From Harriotta raleighana (lineage: Eukaryota), in assembly GCA_050575255.1 (NCBI GenBank), contig JBNZDD010013730.1, positions 6,965,498 through 7,029,497 on the forward strand: 64,000 nt of DNA, written 5' to 3'. The translations under genes and the position numbers were made by a program. Of the stretch, positions 50,601 through 62,600 are shown one piece after another. The notes beneath the pieces were generated by a model, which saw only the letters and a program-made list of their open reading frames with translations, was not told the origin of the DNA and made no database searches. Position 1 is the stretch's first letter. The number at the start of each line of letters is the position of its first letter.

Positions 50601-53600
50601 TCGACTGACTCTATTGGCTCCCCATCACCCAAAGGATCCAATTCAAGATCCTGGTCCTCACATTCAAAGCCCTCCATGGCCTTGCCCCACCCTACCTATG
50701 ACCTCCTAACCTACTACCAACCAGCCCGCCCTCTCCACTCAGCAGGCTCTTGAACTTCATCCCGCAGTCCCTCCGCTCGCTCCCTCCCTGCCCTCCTTCA
50801 AGTCCCGCCTCAAGATCCTCCTCTTCGACGATACCATCGGTCAACCTAAATGCCCCCCTTTCCCTCCACCCTCCCCGTCCCGACCCCAGCTCGGGTCTGA
50901 AACAATGACTGTCCAGTGCCTTGGGACGTCCTCCTGATGTAAAAGGCGCTATACAAGTGTAATTTTGTTGTTATTATTGTTGATGTGGAACCAAAGCATA
51001 TTCATTACAAATCAATGCACCATTAAAATCACAGGACTATCACACCACAAATTGCCGACAAGTTTACACATAAAACAGTAAAATTAGCCAAATGGTGTGA
51101 GGTTTCATCCCGTCTTTACTTTCATTTCCAGGTATCTGGCACTGTTACTGGGAATACAGCAGCCTCAAAGGGAAGCCTGGAGCAGATGTTGCTATCTATG
51201 ACATTGGTTTCCAGACAGATTTCAGGGTCTATCTGCAGCTCAGGCAGACGTGGCTGGCTTTTAGTAAGTCTAAAAGTGTCTTGGAAAGATTGTTACTCAT
51301 AGAATGAATTTATAGTGAACCATCCCATCCATCCTGCCTGGACATATGGCTTTCTTAGATTAGCAGAAAAGTAGCAGTGCATCAATAGTTACCTCATCTT
51401 CATGTAGCATCACGGATCTAAATCCTGCCTGTTACAGAATTAAATTGGAACCTGTTAGTTCAGCTGCCACTGCCAAAGTAGCAACAAGATTATATGATAA
51501 TGATATTCTAATGTGGGAAAAGGCGGGGAAAAAAATCTATTTCTAGTCAAGACATCAATTGGAGCTACACCAAGAAAAATATAGCAATACAGAGTCTTAG
51601 CTTTTCACCTACATTTTACATAAGCACAGTTACGAACTGTCAACCAATAGAGTGGAAGGAATGTGAAGATGAGGCTCTAATTCCATACTGTGTTTATGAT
51701 CTCCACGGTACCATTGGAGAGAGGCAGAAACTACATGTACGTACCATAGGTCAGAAGGAAAAATTGAGAGCAACTCACAAATACAGCCTTTCTACAGTGT
51801 TACAGGATTCCGGCAAAGAGAGAAAATAATGGTTTAGGTGCATCCTGGCCGCCCACATTTAACATCATTAAATCATAATTATATTAAAGTACATGTTTAT
51901 ATTTCTCTTTTCTAAAATGCAGCTATGGTATTTTTCAGTGATTATTCTCTGCATTATTGAAGTGATCATCATACTGATGCTGGTTTTCCTAAGAAAAAGA
52001 ATTTTTATTGCAATTGCACTCCTCAGGGAAGGGAGCAAGTAAGTGACCATTGCACTTTGTATTATAACTGGAGTAGGTCCTGTATGTAAGATTATTTTTG
52101 GTTCCATTCACAAACTTTTCTCTTAAAGGCTGTGGTGCATCACCTTTACAATTAGAGGCCATGTTTGTACTTTACAATAGTTATTTAACAACTGAAAAGA
52201 CATTTTACACAAAATTGGGTTTTCTTGTGTAGTTACTGAGGTGTATAATATTAGTCATAGTCTTAAAATTAGAACCAGGCCATTTAAGAGTGAAACTAGG
52301 AAGCATTTTTTCACTCAAAGGGTTTTTAGATATCTGGATTTCTCTCCCCCAAAAGATCGTAGATGCTGGATCCATCCACACCTTCAAGATTGAGGTTGAT
52401 TGATCAATTTTTGGAAGGTCGGGATATTAAAGGATACAGGGAGAAAGCGGGAAATTGGAATCGAAAGGATTAGTAGGGGTATAGATCACCTATGATCTAA
52501 TTAAATGGCGGAACAGGCTCGATGGGCTGAATTACCTACATATGTGCCTATGTTCCTATGCAATGTATTGCTGAAAGGGTGGTGGAAGCCGATTTGAAAA
52601 AGCTTCCAAAAACGAAAAAAATGCAGGGTTATGGGGTAAAAGCAGGGGAATGGGAATAGTTGTTGGCTCTTTCAAAGAGTCGTCATAAGTATGATGGGCC
52701 AAATGGCTTCCTTCTGTGCTGTGAGATTCCCTGATTCTATATGTAGATGCTTTATGGGGCATTTACAAATAGAGTCCAAATGTCTATATTATGTTTTATT
52801 AAAATAAGTTATTATAAATTGTTTTAATGATTTATCAAAATGCAATAATATTAAATGCTATGATTGTTTTGCATTTTTTTTTCCATCAGGGCCATAGGAT
52901 ATATCATGTCGACATTATTCTACCCTATCATCACCTTTGTACTCCTAGCAATCTGTATTTCCTACTGGGCAGTCACATCTATGTATCCTTTGACAAAAGC
53001 CTACAGTGTTGATAACTGATATATTATTATATAGTACAGCAAGTTGAAAAACACAAGACTGCCAGTTTCTAGTAATTTTTCCAGTTTCTAGTGTTTGTAG
53101 GGTCACAATCATGCATTTGGATCGCAGAATTAAAGCAATGATAATATGAATGGTCCCACAGCACACATGTATTCTTAAAATGATTTCCAACAGGTGTTAA
53201 ACATTATCTTCCAAATTTATAAGGCAACACTAATTAGCCAATGCAAATGCAAGGATTATTATTGGCAATGGGGCACTATAACTTTGCAGACATACTGTAT
53301 TATTTCATTTTTCAAATGGTCTGTGCCACTATCTGTCTTACAAAGTTCTACAATACTTTAAAACATAAAACTATTTGGACAGTTTGTGTTACAGTATGAA
53401 TGATAAAATATTTCTTAACACCAAACATGCAGATTCCTATCAACGTCTGGTGAATCAGTATACAAAGTGATGGCCAATCAGGGCCACTGTATATATGCAA
53501 ACAAAACATGCAATCCTGAGGTAAGCATTCAGATATGTAATGATAAAAGGAGTCAACAAATATACATTGAACATGATTCTTTAGACACATACCTGACTAT

Positions 53601-56600
53601 ATTTGTTGGAATGGATTCTAGCAGTCTTAATGGAATGAATGTGTCATGAATAGCAGATTAAATAGATTTGATCTACCTACACTTCACATGACAGCGGTAA
53701 CAAATTAAAGTCCTATTTTGAGAATGGAAATGCTATGTCAGAGAGACACTGTCCAATCTGCTGCATAAATAAATAATCGATACAGTATACCCATTACTAT
53801 CTGGAAGAAGAATCGTATTTATAACATAATGTCAGAAAAGAGGAGAGACAGAGAATTAATTCATGAAGATTCCATGATTGCCAGACTATCATTTTATGAA
53901 CTCTGCACTTTGTTCTTTATTACATCATCAAACAAAAAAAACCTTATTCATCATGCTTCACTAATATACACTTGCAATATTCCCAGCACAGTATAACTTT
54001 TGCTTAACTGGAAAGTTTCTGCTGGCTACATAGAATTCTCAATTGTCTTGTGTTTCATTTGTAAGAAGCCTGACTGCATGTTCTCTTTTTCACTAGACAT
54101 TTAATTTGACCAATGTCAGCAAAGTATGCCGGGGTGCTCAGTGTTCATTTGCTTTCTATGGCGGAGAGAGCATTTACCACAAATACATCCTTGTCCTTCA
54201 AATCTGCAATCTTGTTGTCTTCTTGTGGCTTGTGAACTTTGCAATTGCATTGGGACAGTGCACGTTGGCTGGTGCCTTCGCCTCTTATTACTGGGCCTTT
54301 AAGAAGCCAGCTGATATACCAGCATTCCCTCTGCTTGCGTCATTTGGCCGTACACTGAGGTAAGAACGGTTAGAACAGGTTACTTGTTATCATTCTATTT
54401 CATTTACATTGCTCACTGCAAGCTGCCTCTGCATGTTTTTTTTTCTAGCTGGGAGTGGGTGGGGGAATAGGAAGTTTTCATATCTCTGCATTTATTACGT
54501 GATTTGTTGTTCTCCAAGCAGCCAACAAGTAATTCAAATCTGCGAAGAATGACTACATTGACGGTTTTCTTCCTTTCACTGCCACCTGCATTACCTGCTA
54601 GACTCATGGTCATTGAACTGTATGAGAATTTCTAAGAGGGAATGAATAAAAATAAAAGTGACGAAAGGACCCACACAAGGCACTATAGTTAGTGTCCTAG
54701 AGATCAATTACTTTCTGGTATGAGGCTAAACAATTTACAGTCAGTTTTATGTTATTGTGTCAGTAGATGGCGGCATTTGCTCATATGTTTTAAAAAGTGA
54801 CTGGAAGGACTTGCAGCATGAATACTCCAATCCGTACTTTGTTAGTTGCATTTGATCACTGCTGTTTATTTGTACCTTCTAACTAATGACTGTTCTGTTT
54901 GTCACTCATTATTCCTAGGTACCATACAGGTTCATTGGCTTTTGGCTCTTTAATTCTTGCAATTGTCCAATTTATAAGAATCATTTTAGAATACCTGGAT
55001 AATAAACTGAAAGGTGAGTCTTTGCAAAGTCACCCTTTGACGACTATGAATGAAAAGTAAACAAGTGAGTCTGGGACTACTTGTTGGCTTGTTGGCTGTA
55101 CTATTAATAGGTGAAGTTGATGAATCTGTTAGTAGTGATGGAGTATTAACTAATTGGACATGATGAATGTGACTGATTTATCAAATATGAGTCAACTGTA
55201 TTCCCAACTGAATATTTTCCTTGAATTAAAAAGATGGTTAATTATCTCTTTATTATTTCTATGTGTAGTAGTATGTAATTCTATAGGTTACATAATGTAT
55301 ACAATAGTAGCGCTTTATACTAGTGGTATTCTAGGCAAACTTTTCAGATGAGATAATGAATCACAAAGAGCAGAGCTTGAAGAGGTTAAAAAGTAATTAG
55401 AAACCTAAGATTGAGTCATAGCCAATAACATACATTCCTAAGCGGTGGTGTGTAATACAACAATAAATACCAACGTCTTGCAGCCTTCATTCACTTTGGC
55501 GAGTTACAATTCATGGTTTGTGTTGTCTCTGTTGAATTTTGATGAAAAGATGAAGAATGGCAATTGGGTCCATAATGGGAAAGGACAAAGTCGAGGAATT
55601 ATTTCTTATAGCTTCTAAAATATTTTTCACAATATAATATATTTTCTAGCGACAATGTTCATTTATTATGAGCAGGCATGTAAAATATTTTGTTGTGCCC
55701 AAGTTGGCAGATAATTGTCTGGAGCAAATGAGTTAAAATGTGCTGTTGAATTTATATTAAATGTATTTTCTTTTGTCTTATGACTATCCATTCGTTATAT
55801 GTTTCTCCACTTGCAGGTGCACACAACCAGTTTGCTAAATTTGTGCTGTGCTGCATGAAATGTTGTTTTTGGTGTCTGGAAAGATTCATTAAATTTCTTA
55901 ATAGAAACGCATATATAATGGTGAGTTGGTTTTGTTTACTGAAATCTACTGTACCATTTGTTAGAAGACTTTTCACTCTTTGATAGCAATAGCATCACAT
56001 TGGTTATGTTGTATATTTTCATTTTCTAGATTGCAATATATGGTAAAAACTTCTGCACGTCTGCAAAGGAAGCCTTCTTTTTGTTGATGAGAAATGTTGT
56101 CAGGTGAGTGGTCATATACAATATAACCTTGACAATCCGATATTACGAAAGTTGGCAACTCCCTAAAACCAGCAAGATTTCAACATAGATTTCAAGATTA
56201 CAATATAGCATTAGTTTTTTCCGATATCTGGCAAATCTCCTGAAGTTCGGAACAGCTGCTTGTGGATCCTGGCATTTCTGCTCTGTCATCCAGCCCTGTG
56301 GGTTGAGCCCTTGGGCAATTTTTTTCCCTTCAGTGCTGTGTTTGCAGCAAACGTGGTCTATGGGGCTGATCTTCCCCAGACATTTCTAGGGTAGATACCG
56401 GCAAACTCCAAAATCTGGGAGGTGAGTGGCCCCAAACGTGCCTGATTATCGAGGGTTTACTGATTATATATATATATATATATATATGTACCAAAACTAG
56501 ATATTCATTATCTTACCACAGATTATAAAGCACAATATAAAAATAAGACAGAATCTTGTCTATCTGATATAATAATTGAAATGATTGAATAATCATGGTT

Positions 56601-59600
56601 CTACTGTACTAAATTGATCTAAATGGGATTGTTATTATTAATAATTATCCTGACATTTGGTATAGAGTCTTTCATTTTGGGAGGATGCCTCAAAGCACTT
56701 TGCAGGATATAATGTACTGACGATTTGTACTTAGTAATGCCTACTAATAGTCATGATTTGAATGACCAACTTTATCTGGAGGACCGTTGGCCAAGATATC
56801 AACAGCTTGCACTTATATAGTGCTCCTCACACAAGATAGCGTTCCAGAGTACTTGAGAGTGACAGAGCACAAATTCAAACCTGGGGGAAGGGGTGTGTGA
56901 TCGTAGGTGTGGTCAAAGAGGAAAGTCTTCAGATGTAATCTGAAGATGGGAAGGAAGGGGCAAGATAGAGGCATTGAGGAAGAGTATTACAGAGTTTGGG
57001 GGCATAGTGGTTTAAAGTATGACCACCAATAGTGAAACGTAAAGCACAGTGGACATGCAGGAGGCCTGAACCAGTCGAGCAGATGCAAGACATCAAAGAA
57101 AGTCACTTAATTTTGTCAAATAGTTCCAAATTATGCTTTGTTAAAATCTCTTGAACATGCATTCATTCTTGGTCAACAGAGTGGCAGTATTAGATAAAGT
57201 TACAGATTTTCTACTGTTCCTGGGGAAACTCCTGATTGTTGGAGGTGTAGGTGAGTAATCTCTTTCTCAAGACATTGACTCTTACTGAAGTATGTTTGCA
57301 ATATGGTGAAATCAAACATAGTTAAATGTTTACAATCCCTGAGCAATTTGTAAGATGTATTTCTTGTCCACAGGGGTGCTTGCGTTTTTCTTCTTCACAC
57401 GCAGAATAACTATAATTGCAGATGAGGCACCAATGTTAAACTATTATTGGGTACCTTTGGTGGTAAGGAATCTATTTGGATTTTTTTCTACATTCTATTT
57501 ACGCGAGTGCATCATTAACAGTGACGCTGACACAACTTACTTTACTTCATATCCCATTTATAATGCTATCACACTTACAAACTCTTTTATTCTGAATTCT
57601 TATCCACCGATTTAATGTTAGTTTTAAATGAAATATCAGCTCAGATCAATTTTACTATTGTTTTCCATTAAGATTTTGTTAACCTTGAAGACAAGCAAAA
57701 TGGAATTAAAATAAAAACAGCAGCTTGCTCTCATATTCTGAGATAACCACATTCCACACTTTGCATGACAAGACAAGTACCAGATAGTAGTCTGTGGAGA
57801 GAATTGTAGAAAAGTTGAGTGATCAAAGATAGTAGAGCTATGTTGAATAATGTGTAATCATCTAACTAAAGATACCCTTTTTCGAATTGTTGCCCATGAC
57901 CACTGATTTGATTGAAATGCATATGTCTTCTGTTTGCAGACTGTGATATTTGGTTCGTATCTAATTGCACATGGTTTCTTCAGTGTCTATGCAATGTGTG
58001 TAGATACTTTATTCCTCTGTTTCTGTAAGTAAATTGTAAACATTTCAGTTTTCTTTAATATATAATACATTAAGGTGCCATCAAAATCTGTTTTACTTTT
58101 AAAACACTGGAGAAGGATGTGGGATTCTAAGTGTATAATATATAATATATATATGAAGGATTTGCTGTAATCTAACCACAGCATCAGTCGATCCTTGCAA
58201 TGATATTGAATTATACAGAGCTACAGGTACCCTAATCAAAAATAAATTACAATTAGGTGTGCTCTATTATTTTGTTCAACATTTAAAAAAGCTACAGCAC
58301 AAGATATTACTTGATACAATTCAGTCTAAAACGTTAATCATGCTAACTGAAGAGGCATCACAAAACCTGGCCCATTTACTGATACCAACAGGTGGTGAGC
58401 TTCATTAAACAAAATCAGTAGAAATAGATACAATTACGCACTGATGTCCAGCCATTAGTGCTAAACTGAATTTGAAACACAAAGTGGTAGAAATTAAGCT
58501 AGTATTTTCTTTATCAAAATTTAATCATTTGAGGTTTTGAAGTGGCAAGAGATTGTTAAAATGAATGGTGATCGTGGCAATGGGACAGGATTCCCTCTAT
58601 GCATGTGTGTTGCCTGTTTTTAATGTTGCATTTTTCCAATGCATGAAAGTACCAAGTAGGCATCTGATGTCAGTGGGTGGATCCATGTTATCAGGATTTT
58701 TTACAATCTTATTTTTAAAGTATCTGCATTCCCCCTAATCTATCAAAATATATATTATGTTGTGTCATCTTGTGGAGTCTGCCTGTTTCTTTTTAATGCA
58801 TCCATGCTCTTTTTCAATTAGTTGTCTAGGAGAATGGGAGTAGGTGTAAATATACTCATGTTCCTTGATTGAGGGAGACTTCCATAGCAACCTACACTGT
58901 TCAAATTATTCTTTAGAAATATCTAAGTTTGTTAGTGCCTGAATCTCAGATCCAAAATGACCCATGTAATCATTCATACTAATATCACAAGTCAATCTTC
59001 CCATTGACTTCAATTTAAAGTCCAAATAACCTTAGAAACACAATAGTTGCTGCAGTTCTAAGGTTATAAAATAAACTGCGGTGTATTGCATTGCAGTAGG
59101 GACCGATTGCACAATAACCATTTGTCTTAATCAACAACAACAACCTGCATTTATACCCCTCCAGGTAGAGAGCTTCCCAGAGTGCTTGAAGTGCAGTTAA
59201 AAGTATTGCAATATAGTTCTTTTTTTCCTAAAATCATCACTATTCATGTATCGGAGAGTTTTCAATGTATGAATTCAAAACACTGAGCTCTATGGCTTTG
59301 CTGCACACGTGCTGCACCTTTTAACTGAAAACTTAAGCTGCTATTTTACAAACATCTGATTAAGTATTTATTTTGCATTGAAATCATTGAAACCTGAATA
59401 CACTGTAAATTGTTTCCCCACTTTTCTGATTGTTCACTGGCCTAAATTTATGCTGATTACACATTTGATACTTCTGTGCTTGAACTACATCACCAGCTGT
59501 GAAAATGTAATCTTTCAGCTTCGCTAGATTGCGTAGATTCTGGCAGGAATTATGTTTTTTTTTCTTAAGAGGCTGTCAATATTTTTTTCAAAAGTGCTAC

Positions 59601-62600
59601 CGAATCGTCTAACATATTTCTTGTGCTTTCTTTCTTTCCTTTCCATTGTAATTGATTCGATGAGCACACACACCACCCCCTCCCCTCTTGCTTTGGCTTC
59701 TTGCTGCTCTATCCAGGTGAAGATTTGGAAAGAAATGATGGTTCTGCAGCAAAGCCTTACTTCATGTCAGCTGAACTGCACAGAATTCTGGGGAGGAAGG
59801 AACAAAGTCCTAAGAAGGCAAATGGATAGCTGCTTAATCTGCGCTAAGCTACACTTTCTGTCTTGCTTTTGTTGATTGTGTGAACATGGTAACATCTTTT
59901 AACAAAGTCACTGGTCAGTTGCTGAATGTCAGTTACCTGACTTTCACCATGTGTTTTGAAGTGTTATCTTCAAGGAAAATGTTGTAGAGTTCTACTTTTG
60001 GTAAAAAAAAACCTTAGCAAAAATAAACGTTTTTTAAAAAAAAATCAGCAATATGATGCTAGTGGCAATAAGGATGTACACAGTGTAACCCTTCAAGATG
60101 TCACTTGTCATGTGTTTCTAAACATCAAGATGCGTAGGAGAGATAGACTGATACCAGTTTATCATACAGATAAAGTTTTTTTCCCCTACTTTCCTCCATA
60201 GTTTTGTTTTCCTATTTTACTCAGTGCCTATTGATGCAGGTCAAGTTCTAGTATCTAAGGCAATTATAATACTGGAAAATGTTAAACGAGGGTGAAACAT
60301 TTCAGTGAGAACTCCAGTGGCCTTACAAAGGACCTATGTCCTTGACCTGTCTGATGCAGTATTGCTACACAAGTACCTAAAGCAGGTTCAGATCTGCACT
60401 AACAAGCTTTTTAATTGTCCTCTATTGTGGCAGTAAGTTCAAATACCGATACAAGACTAATATGCAATAAACACCAAAACAAACACCAATCTCTGAACTA
60501 GAATTTTACAGTTAAGGTGTCTAGAGTAAAGCAAGGATTGTACTACCCACATTGTAGTCTGCACAATGTTAAGTTCAGATACATTGCATTGTGCTCAGGT
60601 AGTAAAGTATGCCATTAAAATTCCTGCAGAATGTAAACTAAAGCCATTCTTTATCAACATGCAATTTACCCAATTTAGTTCATCAGTGGTACTAAAGCAA
60701 ATCTTTGTTATTAATTATGGAAATTAGTTCCTTTAATAGGAACATAGTGTAAGTTGATTTGAAGATTTAATATAATGGCCATTATTGTATATTATTTTCC
60801 ACAAAGGTACAGGGCTATTCTTATGCATTTTTACTAATTAGAATTGATACTTTTTATAAATGTTAGAAAAAATATCAAAGGAATTAAAAGTTAGCATTGT
60901 TATTCCTTACTATGGCGTTTATACAAAAGGTTACCGTACTAATGCTGTAATTATGGTGCTGCATATTTGATTATTTTACAGATATTCTAGATAAAATAGG
61001 CTTTGTGGTACCATGGTTTGTTGATATATCTTTAAGACCTGCATGCTGTATTTTAGTTCATTTAAATTATATTAAACAAGATTTAATTGGTGCAGGCCAG
61101 TCAAATCATGTGTGGATTTGCAAGATAACACTAACAGTTAAAGGAGCCAAAGCAGCTACTTCAAAACTGAAAGACATTTGATATATCCAATCCAGATCAT
61201 CTTCCATTTGTCTTTTGTAGGGTGCAACCAAGATCAAGAAATCATGTGCAAGAGAATTTTGCGCAACATAATTCTGTTTTTTTTATAGAAAAATCAAAAC
61301 ACATTTGAATTTATTAACCCAATGTAGATAATGCTCCAGAGGCTCTGAATGTAGACCCATCTCATCAGTGCAAATGAGCTAATATTGTTCAACAACTATT
61401 GCATTTAAAAACAAATAAATACTGTGATATGCAAGATGTCAAAAATAGTTTTCTACAAAAGCTTGAAAATTCTTTGCACTACTTTAGAAAATAAGTAGTG
61501 CTTATTTCAGGTTGTCACAGACCACAAAAGGGATCAACATTTTCTGATGCAAGGCATCAGCAAAGCACAGTGCGTCAAACCTCAGTGAAAATATATAATC
61601 ACTGTATGTGCATTAGAATAAAGATAGTCATGAATTTTCACAAAGTAGAGAATCTTCATAAGATAAACGCAACAGCACAATGGTTGGTCGGCTATCAAAT
61701 TGGGCCAAAGAGCATTCTTCATCCAAACCTCTTTTGTGAGTTAGTGAAGAGGCAGTACTGTAGTATCCTATCGTCAGAGACAGTCTTCCTCTTTAGGTTA
61801 TATTTCACATTTACATTTGTAATTTGTTGCGTCTGACTTTTTGGGATTATAAACCTGAAAAAGCTCATTCAGCCTTTCAATTCTGTTCTGAGTGGGACAG
61901 TAGGAGACACATATTAGAGGTTTTGAGCAGCTCAGCCATTTAGCTCTTTGGGCATGTGAGTGCATTTATTTGTTTTATGTTCTCCTTCCCTGCGTGGATG
62001 TGCTGAGCTCTAGTTGTGAACAGGATCTTAGAGGGATGAGAGAACATTGAGCTGTCAAGCATTTTGGGGGGGATATAAACAGAAACACTTAATGTGAAAT
62101 AACATCTGAAAAGATTTTCCTTTAAAAGATTTAATTCATTCAAGTATTATAAGATATGACCTGATGGTTTGGTGAGAAGAAATTGTTGTATGAATTTATT
62201 TTAAGTCAATTCAATTTATGTATACTTAACTGGATATGAATATAACATCCACAAGATGGGATGTGAGAAACCGAGAACACCAAAAATCAAACCCTAATCT
62301 TCATCATAACAATGATTGATAGCATACAAGATAATAGACAATGAGTTATACATACAACGAGAAGCTGGGCTGAAATGAATTCCAATATTACACACTGGGA
62401 CGGAACACCATATAATAGGAGACTGAGCATTTATATGTCCTTATGACATCTCGGTTTTGCTCCTTGTTTAGTTGCACACACAGTGGCATTTGAAGAGCAC
62501 ATTTTCATCACATTTTAAATGGACATTAGTATTTTCCATTTTATTCAAGTTGGAATGTTTGCTTCTGTGAATTAAAATCAGAAGGCGATATACATTGGTT

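Noticed and set aside
61221-61288. Possible third terminal exon after tcttttgtag ([22 protein letters not shown])
   Set aside because: It lacks the EDLERNDGS motif and is most likely a chance acceptor in 3' UTR or intron sequence.
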